A DNA stretch of 63,944 nt, counting the filler, from Craspedostauros australis (taxonomy: Eukaryota): NCBI GenBank assembly GCA_030167865.1. It is 15 parts of 15 records of this genome, joined end to end, with 100 filler letters (N's around TTAATTAATTAA, not from the genome) between each part and the next. Parts side by side here need not be neighbours in the genome. Positions count along the whole stretch, not along the records: positions 49,414 to 52,025 come from JALAGF010000464.1; positions 52,126 to 56,124 come from JALAGF010000465.1; positions 56,225 to 58,645 come from JALAGF010000466.1; positions 58,746 to 62,155 come from JALAGF010000467.1; 11 more parts are not named here. The stretch is one strand, 5' to 3'. The position numbers were made by a program, and so were the translations under genes. Each line of letters starts with the position of its first letter. Positions within the stretch are counted from its first letter, which is position 1. Positions 49,744-61,894 of this stretch are shown here, one piece after another. Under the pieces are notes generated by a model that saw nothing but the letters and a program-made list of their open reading frames with translations, was not told the origin of the DNA and did not search any database.

Positions 49744-51225
49744 TCAGGAACGGTTGTTTTGGTTACGGCGAGACATCATGGAACCGATACCGGCGGTTTG
49801 ATTGGTACCAGTGCCGTTGGTCTGGTTTGGTGGAGTTGTAGGCCCATAATGGCCGTCCGTATCCTCACGAGTGCGTTTCGCCGGACTGCCTCGGCCAACA
49901 GACATCACACCGCGGCGTTTGTCACGTGCGCCGCGCAACTCCAATGCGCGTCCCTTTTGGGCGGACGACATGACTGCCCACTCCTCAGGGAGATAGTGGC
50001 GGTCAGTGATGACCATGTTGGGGTTGTACTGTTTGGCTCGTCCTTGGCCTCCACGTCCTGGTTTGTTGGCTTGGTAGTGGCCGCCTCGACCGCCGCTGTT
50101 GTTGTTACGTCCCATGGACGAGATTTGACGCGTGGGGGTCGATGCCTGTTTACGGCCGATCACTTCGCTGAGTGCGTTCACGGTGGCGGGGAAGCTGGTA
50201 CGGATGCTTTCGTTGAGCATGATAGCGTCACACGCGGTGGTCAAATGTGGCACACGAATGCCATGCATCAAGTGCCGGACTTTGGCATCCTCGACGAGCG
50301 GCTCACCACATGCAGCCATGTCTTCGAAGGCAGAGTTCAAGCGTTGGGTGTATGTTTCGAATGTGAAGTTGCGTGACTTGCCATCGTAGAAGGTGTTGTT
50401 GATGATGCCTGTCGCGGTTGCCTTGGTTCGGACTTGATAGGAGTCACCGCGGTAATGTTCTTGGAGTGTCAGGTATGCAGTGCGTCCATCTCTGGATCGC
50501 TCATTGCCTTGCACCCAGTTCCATGCTGGACCACCGTGAGTCACGTGGCGGATGACCTGCCATACGGCTGCATTGTCGGCTTTGTGTTTGAGGCCTATAT
50601 GGGTAGCTCGGTCGATGAGCTCCTCCTTGAGGGACGGGGCGCCGAACGGAGTGTTGACGGCTGGCGACCGGTCTTCCGGCTTGAGTGGATTCTCACGGAT
50701 GATGTATGATAGTGGAGCATCACTTGCTCCAAGTGTATTCTCGAGGTAATTTGCGATATCCTCAAGGGTCTTGCGGACGTTGTCCACGCGCGTGAGAGGG
50801 TCGGGCAAGTCCATCGACGGGGCGTCTTTCGCGCGCACTTCCTCCTCAAAGAGGGACCAGAGAGCGTTGAGACGCTCAATCGGTGCTTCGGCAGCGGAGA
50901 AAGGGCGTTGGATACGATCGAAGTGGAAGCGCACATAGCGGAGCTTTCGAAGCTTCAGCTCGTGTACCCATCCGATGGTGATGCCAGGGTCCTTGATTTG
51001 TGCCGGCGTAGTAGAGCGGTTGCCCGATGTCTGAGCTGGATTGGCGACGAGGCCGCTTCCCTTACGGATACGACCACAGAGCTTCTCCAAGTCTTTATCG
51101 GAGAACATCAGAAGGTCGTCGAAGGTGTTCAGTCCTTGCGCGCTGAGTGCTTCACCGATGTCGGCCTTGGTGAAACCCATGACGTTGGTAAGGTAGTTGC
51201 GGATCTCATCGCTGTTGGTCAACAT
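49744..51225 (-). CDS. Copia family D gag (CoDi-type, RGG-rich tail, no CCHC)
   Basis: Open 493-aa frame from MLTNSD with G...PLSYIIR, DGRTAYL.L..HY.G, YDGKSRNFTFETY and Y..EEW motifs. Lies between LTR and protease. Confidence 0.85.
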   Translation of the reverse strand: MLTNSDEIRNYLTNVMGFTKADIGEALSAQGLNTFDDLLMFSDKDLEKLCGRIRKGSGLVANPAQTSGNRSTTPAQIKDPGITIGWVHELKLRKLRYVRFHFDRIQRPFSAAEAPIERLNALWSLFEEEVRAKDAPSMDLPDPLTRVDNVRKTLEDIANYLENTLGASDAPLSYIIRENPLKPEDRSPAVNTPFGAPSLKEELIDRATHIGLKHKADNAAVWQVIRHVTHGGPAWNWVQGNERSRDGRTAYLTLQEHYRGDSYQVRTKATATGIINNTFYDGKSRNFTFETYTQRLNSAFEDMAACGEPLVEDAKVRHLMHGIRVPHLTTACDAIMLNESIRTSFPATVNALSEVIGRKQASTPTRQISSMGRNNNSGGRGGHYQANKPGRGGQGRAKQYNPNMVITDRHYLPEEWAVMSSAQKGRALELRGARDKRRGVMSVGRGSPAKRTREDTDGHYGPTTPPNQTNGTGTNQTAGIGSMMSRRNQNNRS

Positions 51226-51695
51226 GTTGGCTGTCGTATGATTGTTGAATGCAAAAAGGGGAATAAAAGCAGCAAGTCGTTGGATTGTGACAGAAGTCTT
51301 CGCTGGGACAGAGCGTGTTTTGTCGTGTGAGTTTTCGAAGCGTGTGTGTCGGTATTTCGACCCACATTGAGAAGCACGGATGTGGCAACAAGGCACACGA
51401 TCTTTCACTCAGTAGGAGCGCGTGTCTCAGTAGGGGTTCCGCGTGGCCTGCGGTCGGTGCGTCCACCTTGTCTTGCCCTCCACACCACGCCAAAGCGAAC
51501 GGTGGGAGTACATCCCTCTGGCACCGGCCAACATGTACCAGAGCATCATTGTCAAAGGGGATGCAACACGATTCCAAGCTGTGCCGGCTCACGGCGGTCC
51601 ACCCTCAGAGCGGGGTCCCAGTATTATCATCGCCTCTTCAGGCGGTCCCCGCGTGCTTGCGCATGGCCCGCGTGAGCGGATGCGTGATGATAAAC

Positions 51696-51869
51696 CAAGT
51701 TAACACACACACGGATTGTCATTGAGGGTTGGAAACCCAAAGGATTCAGATTATAAGGGTTATAGGGTCGTGTAGGATTGTCAGAGAGTACACTGTTCTC
51801 CTGTAGTTGGGCGATGCCCGTGTTCGCAAGCTAACCCCATTTTAACCGTTTCACATGCATCCCTGTTTG
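51696..51869 (-). repeat. Copia family D putative 5' LTR (inner boundary tentative)
   Basis: Minus strand CAAACAGGGATGCATGTGAAACGGTTAAAATGGGGTTA matches 56086-56124. Confidence 0.65.
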
Positions 51870-51981
51870 CACGCGAATGAAATACAACCCCAAACAGAAC
51901 CGTCTCGCACAACATCGAAATGTGACGCGCGACTTCGTAAAAAGTACTACCTCCAGGTCGCAGTTGATGCACTCACGATAA

Positions 51982-52025
51982 CACTAGTTGTGGAGTTTTG
52001 GCCCCTTGTTGTCACTGGTTTGCTT
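51982..52025 (+). mobile_element. CACTA-type end (type L), second copy, at contig edge
   Basis: CACTAGTTGTGGAGTTTTGGCCCCTTGTTG matches the reverse of 45101-45144. Confidence 0.65.
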
Positions 52026-52125
52026 NNNNNNNNNNNNNNNNNNNNNNNNNNNNNNNNNNNNNNNNNNNNTTAATTAATTAANNNNNNNNNNNNNNNNNNN
52101 NNNNNNNNNNNNNNNNNNNNNNNNN

Positions 52126-55100
52126 ACTGTGACTGCAACCCCCTTTCTTGACTCACTCGGGAACATCGACAACGTGCCAATCGTCACGGCAGCGATAGCA
52201 TATGATGATCCCGTAACATACCAAACATTTGTCCTTTTCTTCCCACAATCGATCTACTTTCCTCGTCTTGAGCACCCGTTATTGTGCCCGAATCAGATGC
52301 GAGCTGCTGGTGTTGTTATTAATGATGTTCCATTACTCATGATCAATGAGGATGAACGGAAACCGGAGGATCACTCGGTGATCTCCTCCCTTAACAACCT
52401 CCACATCCCGCTCCGACTACGTGGTACCATATCGTACTTCCACACAAGAAAACCGACACGACAAGAAGTCCAATCCGACCATGATTGCGTCCATGTCATG
52501 ATGACACAGGAGTCCACTTGGGACCCAGCACACTGGTCGGCAGGGGACGACGAGGACGCCATCAGAATGACCGTCCCCACAACTCCAACATCCATGTCGC
52601 CAACCATCCTACGCGAAATCAAGGCAGTCAGCGGAACGCAGTCCTCCAATCGAAAGGGGACGATCACACCAGAAGCACTGGCACGACGCTGGCGCATCGG
52701 TGTTGATGCAGCTACACGGACGTTGCAGGCCACGACGCATCTCGCTATGCGTGACTTCCGAAACACCACAGGCACACGACGGCTCAACCCATATGCCATG
52801 CAACTCCGCTACCGCCGCCTAAACACACAAGTGTATGCCGACACGATGCATGCGAAAACGAAGTCGATCCGTGGCAACAAATGTGCGATGATATATTGCA
52901 CACCATTCCACTGGGTTCGTGTGTATCCGATGACGGAACGCAAGAACGCACACCTCACCCTTGATGAGATGTTTCGCGATCATGGCATTCCTCACACGAT
53001 CATACCCGACAACGCGAAGGAGCTCGTGGCTGGCGAGTTCCGTCGCAAACTGCACAAGGCGCAAGTGTCCATCCGTCCGATCGAGGCGTACATACACAAC
53101 CAAAACCGTGCAGAGGCGACTATCCGCGAACTGCGTCGCCACTATCGCCGCTTGATGACTTCCACTAACACGCCCGAATATCTGTGGGACTACTGCTTTG
53201 AATACTGCGCGGAGATCCGAAGTCACACAGCGCTATCTGTATACGACCTGCATGGAGAGACACCCGCCACTATCCTGTCAGGCGACACAGCCGACATCTC
53301 ACACATTGCCGAATTTGCATGGTTTGACTTTGTCTGGTACATCAACATACAGGATGCCTCCATGAACGTGAAGCAACTCGGACGCTATCTGGGGCCAAGC
53401 CGTTCTGTCGGCGAGGCCATGTGCTCGTACATACTCACCGCCAATGGCGTCGTTGTCTCCAAATCCTCTGTCTTACCTCTCTCACACGATGACACAAACG
53501 ACGACGTACTCCAACAGAAACAAACCGACTTCATGACAAAACTCAGTACCAAATGGAACAAACGCATGGAAGGCATGGAACCAGACGATGATGGTGACGA
53601 AGTGGATGACACCGCTGCCGACATCGCATACCTACAGAATACAGAACCTATGGAGCCCATCGTCGAACCCGAAGATGTCGCCAGCGAAGTATACGATCGA
53701 TACATAACTGCAAAGGTCGTCTTGCCAACAGGGGACGAAATGCGATTCGGCACTGTGAAGCGAAGGAAACGAGACGCAGACGGCAACCTCATCGGCCATT
53801 CGCACGACAATCCGATGCTCGACACATCACGTTATGAGGTCGAATTCCTCGACGGACATCAAGAGGCATTCAGTGCCAACCAGATCGCAGAGAACATTTA
53901 TGCTCGTGTCGACGACGATGGATACGAGACCGTCCTCATGGACGAGATCATCGACCACAAACGCTTACCCTCTGTCTCTTTTGCTTCTCACAAAACGAAA
54001 TCCACGAAAGGATGGAAACTGTGCATACGCTGGAAAGATGGATCAACCTCATGGATACACTTGCGTGACGCGAAGGAGGCCGACCCCGTCCGTGTGGCTG
54101 AATACGCGGAGGCCAATCTCCTTATCAACGAACCAGCATTCAAGTGGTGGGTGCCACACACCCTCCGCAAACGACAGCGCATCATCATGGCAACCAAACG
54201 GAGACAAGTGCGCAAACAAGAGATGTTCGGTGTTGCGCTACCGACCTCCGTGCGACATGCACTCGCTATCGATGCGGAATCGGGCACTGACATGTGGCGT
54301 AAGGCGATCGAGAAAGAGATGAAAGCCGTGCGCCCTGCCTTTGATATCAAAGAGACCGACACGCCCAATCCCGTTGGACATCAATACATGGAGTGCCACA
54401 TGATCTTCGCGGTGAAGGTCGACCTCACACGAAAAGCACGATTGGTGGCTGGTGGCCACATGACAGAGGCACCAGCGGCCATCACCTATGCGAGTGTGGT
54501 GTCACGCGAGAGTGTGCGCATCGCATTCTTGCTTGCTGCGCTCAACGATTGCAACATACTGGCAGCCGACGTCCAAAACGCATACTTGAACGCGCCGTGC
54601 AGAGAACGAATATACACACGATGCGGACCCGAGTTCGGGTCCGATCAAGGCAAGATTGCCGTCATTTGTCGGGCCTTGTACGGCCTGAAGTCCAGCGGAG
54701 CCGCTTGGCGCGCGCATCTGGCTGAGACACTGCGCGATTCGATGGGATACACATCCTGCCGCGCAGACAGCGACGTCTGGATGAAACCAGCTGTGGCGAG
54801 CGATGGGTCAGAGTATTATGAATACGTGCTTGTGTATACAGACGACATCCTTGCGGTGTCCAAACAACCCCAGCGCATCCTAGATGCAATCGGCTCACAC
54901 TTCTTCCTCAAACCGAGTTCCATCGGCCCTCCTACCACTTACCTTGGCTCCACTATTGCGCCATACCACATTGACTCTGATGCAACACGTCCCAAATGGA
55001 GCATGGGATCACGTGCCTACATACGAGCCGCCATCAAGATCGTGACGAAATGGCTCACAGACCGACAAGGGCGTCTCAAGACAAAGGCACCCAGTGTGAT

Positions 55101-55914
55101 ACCGAACGACTACCGACCTGAATTGGATGCAACACCGTTGTGCGATGCAGAAGAGACTCAATTCTACCAGCAACTGATCGGCATCCTGCGATGGACCGTT
55201 GAACTGGGTCGCATTGACATCTGCTGTGAAACATCCATGATGTCCTCATACTGTGCTGCGCCACGTACGGGTCACCTGCGAACGCTCTTCCACATGTTTG
55301 CCTATCTGAACTCACACGACCGTTCTCGTCTTGTCTTTGATGATGCATACGTTGACAAACCTGCTGTGATACAACCGGAGTGGGGCGACTTCTACGCCGA
55401 CGCCCACGAACAGATACCGAACGACATGCCACCACCGCGTGGAAAGGAGGTCCAGATGACTTGCTTCGTCGATGCTGACCATGCGGGCGATCGGGTGACG
55501 CGACGATCGCGCACCGGAGTCCTACTGTACCTGAACTCATCACCCATCCTGTGGCACAGCAAGAAACAGAACAGCATCGAAACATCCACATTCGGCAGCG
55601 AGTTCACCGCGCTCAAGGTGGCGACGGAGATCGTCATCGGCATGCGCTACAAGTTGCGTATGATGGGCGTCCCCATGGACGGCCCCACAGACATGCGCGT
55701 CGACAACCAGAGCGTTGTGTACAATGCCTCACTCCCCGCATCACAGCTACGAAAGAAAGCCAACGCCATTGCATATCACTTTGTCCGAGAAAGCATCGCG
55801 GCGGGTGTGATGACCGTCTCATACGAACCATCAGAAACCAATCTCGCCGACATGCTCACCAAACCACAATCAGGGCCAAGACGAACCATTCAAGCACAAT
55901 GTGTTTTATTCTAA
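52126..55914 (+). mobile_element. Copia family D pol: integrase, chromo-like segment, RT, RNase H, uninterrupted
   Basis: 1261 open codons. Integrase YADT...PDNAKE...QNRAE, RT KARLVAGGH, LYGLKSSG, YTDD, RNase H VDADHAG, TFGSEF, ADMLTK. Integrase precedes RT (copia order). Confidence 0.96.
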
Positions 55915-56077
55915 CAGACAGACTGCGCGACAGTACCCAAGGATGGTCGGCCACGGATTCAATCCGTGGTGGATGGGATGAGCGCCCTGTGGTGCCCACG
56001 CATGGGGCATGCAGCAGGTACATACCATGTGAAATGAAATTGTGACGATCCGACAGTCAGCAGAGCCACAGCGAATC

Positions 56078-56124
56078 GAGGGGACCAAACAGGGATACGT
56101 GTGAAACGGTTAAAACGGGGTTAA
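56078..56124 (+). repeat. Family D polypurine tract and start of 3' LTR (56086)
   Basis: GAGGGG-AC followed by 39 nt matching the 5' LTR start. Confidence 0.72.
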
Positions 56125-56744
56125 NNNNNNNNNNNNNNNNNNNNNNNNNNNNNNNNNNNNNNNNNNNNTTAATTAATTAANNNNNNNNNNNNNNNNNNNN
56201 NNNNNNNNNNNNNNNNNNNNNNNNATGAGAGAGGCATGACATGATCTCATGCAATTGCAAGTAGAATTAACACGGAGACAACACGACAAATGTGCGTGTT
56301 ACTGCGTGGAGAAGATTTGCAAAAGTCAATGAACAAAACACCGCGATACCCCGTGTTGTGAATTACGTCTTCTCACGATGTTGCTAGTAGTACGATCACA
56401 CGATTGATCGTATTCACTTGAGAAGGTCNNNNNNNNNNNNNNNNNNNNNNNNNNNNNNNNNNNNNNNNNNNNNNNNNNNNNNNNNNNNNNNNNNNNNNNN
56501 NNNNNNNNNNNNNNNNNNNNNNNNNNNNNNNNNNNNNNNNNNNNNNNNNNNNNNNNNNNNNNNNNNNNNNNNNNNNNNNNNNNNNNNNNNNNNNNNNNNN
56601 NNNNNNNNNTTCGGAACGGAAAAGGTAAGAAAAGTGGAGATTTCTGATTGGTCGACGGGTGTCGCTATTGTTAGAGATTTAGCGTGCGCTAATACCCCAG
56701 GTTCGCTTGGGGCGACACCTGATGCCCCTTGGACTTCTAGCATC

Positions 56745-57537
56745 TGTTGGCAAGTTCCGCTCATGGATACTCTTGCAATTGCTGAAAACGATGTTGGTAG
56801 TTACAATTCTCTTGGCCATTTCATAATGTTGTTACTCCAATGCTCTCAGTGTCTCTTGTTGTCCTGCCGAATGATCTTGGCGCGCCTCTCCAACTATGAG
56901 TCGGTATGCAAGATGCTCTCTTGCTATGGCTCATATTCTCTCTTGATGTAGTGTGTTCATGAAACACGATATCTCATGCTCGATATGTACTCCATATTCA
57001 GCACATACTCTGTCGCCTCATTCTCTATTGGCCTACTACTCCACGAGTAATCGCCAATATCTCACACTTCACTCCTCCTTGTATATCCATGATCTCAATG
57101 TCCCTTGGTCATCGAATCTTTCCCTTCTTGATCTAGTGTGGAGACAGATGTCGATGTAGTGACACGATGCCATCTTGTCGACGTCAGCTGTCAGCTTCTA
57201 TGCTTCTTCTGATTCCTTGTTCCATCAATGATGCGATGGTCTGGTGAGGATATAGTCATTTGAGGTTTAGATGGGCAATACATCGAGCCTCGCTTGATGC
57301 CATACGTTTCCATTGGTTGATGGACGGACAAAATTCCTGATGCTCTCAGAAATCATTGTTTGCAATTTCCTCCAGAAATTCTGCTCATTTTATTGTATTC
57401 GATTTCGTGATGCGATTTCGACAAATCACAGTTCACCATTGACACCAATGTAGTTGTACCGTCTGTACATGAGTGTAAGAGAATAGCGGGTGAACGATGC
57501 ATATACACATACACATACACATATGCACATCCCAACA
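56745..57537 (-). repeat. Family B LTR, isolated and diverged copy
   Basis: TG...CA termini, collinear with 33879-34665 in reverse. No matching TSD. Confidence 0.85.
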
Positions 57538-58745
57538 ACCCAAGAGAAGCAATGAAACCTCATGAAGACATGGTACTCAACATGTCCACTGCAAGCATGC
57601 TCCTCAAACAAGACATCCAAGAAGATGAACAAACAGAGCTGACACCATCAGAGTTGCAGCAAATCTGACCGGTATATATGTGAAATTTGGAAAACGCAAA
57701 GTCAAAGAACGCATCTGCCAGGAAGTGCGACAAATCAAGCTTATTTCTATCTCGAAACCAAGCGCGGCAACCCTTATTGAGCAGAGCATAGTGAACTTGA
57801 GCAGAATGTCTCAGAATGGAGTACAAAACAGTAAGAGCCAGCATCACTCTTCACAGCTTTCCCTATCTACTTTCCACGTACAAATCGTATCAACCAAAAA
57901 TACTGGCCAGAGGTCGTTCTCCACACTCAACCCAGACACTCACAGTGTTTCTTCCATTTGATTCATCGCGCGTCGTCGCGCCAACCTTCAGTGCTGGTTT
58001 GGGTACACTGTCCGTTAGATACGTCCGCTAAGTTCGTTGTTTATCTCCGGTCTATTTATTCTGTCCGTAATGGTTGTCCGTAATGTCCTGTCATTTTGTC
58101 CGATCTCTCTGCCTGAAACAGGTACAATTGAAACGCAATAGCGTAACCCTAGGTACGCGTACCAGGATTTCGGATGGCTCGCTTTGCTGTCTCAACACTG
58201 TGTTTTTAGTCCCGGTATATTAAGTCACCAGTAACACAATTGAAAATTGGACAAAATAGGGAGATATCGCATGTAATTTGATGAGTCCCAGGGTCCAAAA
58301 TAACCTGATAGAGACATTTATTTTGGGGGGTGGATGAGAATTTCGCTTCTTCAAATTACATGNNNNNNNNNNNNNNNNNNNNNNNNNNNNNNNNNNNNNN
58401 NNNNNNNNNNNNNNNNNNNNNNNNNNNNNNNNNNNNNNNNNNNNNNNNNNNNNNNNNNNNNNNNNNNNNNNNNNNNNCATGTTTCTTCGGTTCGCATCTT
58501 CATTGTTCTTGAATTGCCTTGTTTCTTTCCTAGACTATCGTTGATGTGAACGGTTCGAGTCAAGCTGATCCTTGCCTTTTCGCAGGCTTTGTCCTCAGGC
58601 AACCAATTCCACACATGTCGAGACATGTTTTGGAGAAGTCGTAGTNNNNNNNNNNNNNNNNNNNNNNNNNNNNNNNNNNNNNNNNNNNNTTAATTAATTA
58701 ANNNNNNNNNNNNNNNNNNNNNNNNNNNNNNNNNNNNNNNNNNNN

Positions 58746-59556
58746 TATCCTGAACATCAACACAGATTGTGTAACAAGCCAGGTGGAGAAGTGTATCACC
58801 ATTGTTGTTGCGAATGTTGAGACTGACATTGTCACTGATATCATCTGATTCCACCAGATATCGAAGGCAGCTGGTCCTCATATCCCGACATGCTGTATAC
58901 AAAGGAGTGTCGCCTCTGTTGTTCTGCTTGTTGATGTTGGCAGCAGCATCAACTTGGGGACATTGCACCAAGTACTTCAGCACATCGATGTGTCCTTGTT
59001 CGCAGGCATGGTGGAGTAAGCTGTTGCCATCAGTATCATCCATGATGAAGTGGATTCGATCAGATTCCATCAAGTACTCAACAAGATCTCTCTTTCCGCT
59101 CCTGCAAGCTAAATGGAGCAATGTCTGCCCTTTGTTGTTTCGGGCGTTGACATCCACATCGCTTCGATCAGATTGCATGAAGTACTCAATGGTATCTCTG
59201 TCTCCACGCTTGGACGCAATGTGCATTGGCGTATTGCCGTCCCTGTCTGGAATGTTGAAATCCACGTGAACGCGGTCGGATTCCATCAGGTACTTCACGA
59301 TAGCCGTGCGCCCATTTTCACAAGCACGATGGATTGCTGTCATTCCAAAGCGATCCTGGAGGTTGACATCCACCTTGATTCGATCAGACTCCACCAAGTA
59401 CTTCACAATGGCCATGTTTCCATGATAGGAAGCACGATGGAGTGGTGTATCTCTAAGTTCGTGCACAACATCGCAAAGCGTGCCCTCCTTGCATGATTCG
59501 ACCAAGGCCTGAACCAATGTCAAGCTGTTCCAATCGCATGCTTTGTACAATCGCAC
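58746..59556 (-). CDS. Ankyrin repeat protein (3' truncated by gap, start uncertain)
   Basis: About seven repeats of G.TPLH.A...G....V.YL.ESD...D.N. Confidence 0.88.
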
Positions 59557-60300
59557 AAGCCATCTGTCATTGGGGTCATCACTGTTTCCATTCCAGTTTC
59601 ATTTTGATTGCATCGTAGAACAGAGAATGTGCCCCAGCGGATACATTCAGAGTTGCATGGAAGAGAGAGGAAGAGAGGGTGGATTGCGTCAACGTGAGTG
59701 AATGGCAAGTAGGAGCTGATGGTAGTGCCATGTGCGATCAGCCTGTGGGTCCACATGTATGAGTACGAATGCACACGGGTGCGATCAAGAGGCAGGGGAA
59801 CAAATGAAAATACTGGTTCGCAGACAGGAAGGTAGACGTCAAGTCGTTCATGCAAGGGAGGTTACCACCATCTCCGCAGCCACACAGCTACCACGTTTCA
59901 TGTGTTGGCACATGCACGCATCCACTTCGGTAGACGCCAGCACAAGGGCAAGTGCCAGTACAAGTAGTGCACTCACATGCGCCTGCGCATGCGCCTGCGC
60001 GAAAGCCAGTCGCTGTGTGGGTCGAAAGGTCGTGGGAAGGAGGGATCCATGCTGCGTCGACGGCGATCCATACTCGCAACGATCTGCTCTTTGTTGTTGA
60101 GTTGAGGCTTGGACAGGTGTGGCTGTGCGATGTACAAGTATGGGTATTGAGAAGGTAGAGTCCTCTCTCCTCGTATGCATGTATTGTACGGTTTTGTACG
60201 AACTATTGTATAATAGATGCTATGCCAGGATGAATGGTTTTGACTTGGTGACGGGTCCAAATAGAATCAATGTCAGTGGTTTGTGGTGTGCGGATCTGTT

Positions 60301-60347
60301 GATGTCGATGTCGATGTCGATGTCGATGTCGATGTCGATGTCGATGT
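60301..60347 (+). repeat. (GATGTC)n hexamer microsatellite
   Basis: About 7.5 perfect units. Confidence 0.9.
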
Positions 60348-61894
60348 TGCAACTGTTTGTGTTGTGTTCTGCTGTGGACGTGCGTGTTTGCGATAGGTCT
60401 TTGTGTTGGTCATTTCAAGGGTTTGGATTCCGATTTGTTCGCATACCTCTAGCTTGACTACGACTAGTGTGTTGTCAACGAAGGATGGTTCGCATTCCTT
60501 GTTCTCCACACGCATCACACCCATGTTCCGTCGTCTTTGGTGGTCCGACCAGTCATGGATACCCTTTTCTCAACATGTTCAGAGGCGAATTCATGAGTAG
60601 TAGTACGCACCCCACAAGGACACCAATGCGGCGGTGGCACTGCAGCGTGGCGAACCTGCGTTGATACGAGCTACGCTTGATACAGATGGACAGCCCCTCC
60701 ATCATGGTTGCGACTGCCTCGTTGTACTCGTACATCCGTGGGTCGTTTGTACTTGTCTGTTCCATACTTTCGCTCTTGCTCCAGGACCGCTCTCTGGCAA
60801 CAGCACGGATGCGCCGTGCTTCGTCGGCCTGGCCCACCCGACCGATGATCGTTTCATTCATCACACCTGCAGGAGATGCGCTGACAGGAGACACACAGCC
60901 GAGGCATTGCCATCTCTCATCATGCATCGCAACACCACTCAACCATCCAATCATACTTCTGCAGACCACCCGAGGCACCATAGCTTGTACACAGAGCGCT
61001 GTGATCGAGGAGACAGCGGGACGACTTGAGATATGTTGATGGAGATATAAGATACATATGACCATACATGTACGAGTAGCCATCCTGGGTATTGGAGTAC
61101 ATATGCCAGGCAGCTTTCTGATGCATTGGTGCATTGATGAAATTTGTTTGTCATTTGTCCGATGCATTGCCAACCTTGTGATCGTTGTTGCGCTTGCTGT
61201 CACCACAATGGATGTATTGTTGATCGTGCATGCATACGCTCTTGCTTTGCATTCTCATTGTTCTTTCCATGTACGATCTCGATTAGTCACAGGGCGGCAC
61301 GACGAGCCGTCGGCACTGTCATCACGATTGCCATTGCTGTTGCTCCAGTGTCACTTCCATCATCGCATACTATGGACTAGTGCCTCAAACAAACGGCTGT
61401 AGCCAACACCATTGGCGATTTTTGGCGATTTTTGGATCACGAAAAATGGTCTGTAGAATCTAGTACATTTTCTACGTAAGTCCCGAACAAAAACAGGCCA
61501 GAAACAGCATCAACCGCTGTCCAACTCTCCGCACTCAGCTCGTATGGGCCATCCTGTACTCGTCTTGCCATTGTAGCATCATATAGCGTTTATATATACC
61601 ATACTGAAGTTTGGTGGCTGTTTCTCTCTTTCTCGGTGAGCACTGGTGTGATCCGTCAAGCACCCTTGTCATTCACGAATGCGTTCAGGCATTCGAGACG
61701 TGTTTGGGCACCCCAGACACGTTTGGACTCGTCACACACATCATCTCCGCTTCCCCTCCTCACAATTTCGTTCACGATGAATTGCCAACACCTTGGCAAG
61801 CGACGACAGCACAGTCACATTAATCCATTCATTCTCTCTTCAGATGCATGTGAAACATGTACAATTAGAGTGTATTTATGGATTCGTATGCGCT

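Noticed and set aside
49414..52316. 191-bp inverted repeat around gag
   Set aside because: Contig overlap within one copia pol gene.
26543..58272. Shared 18-mer AATAGGGRGATATCGCAT at about 26543 and 58255
   Set aside because: Too short, and flanks do not align convincingly.
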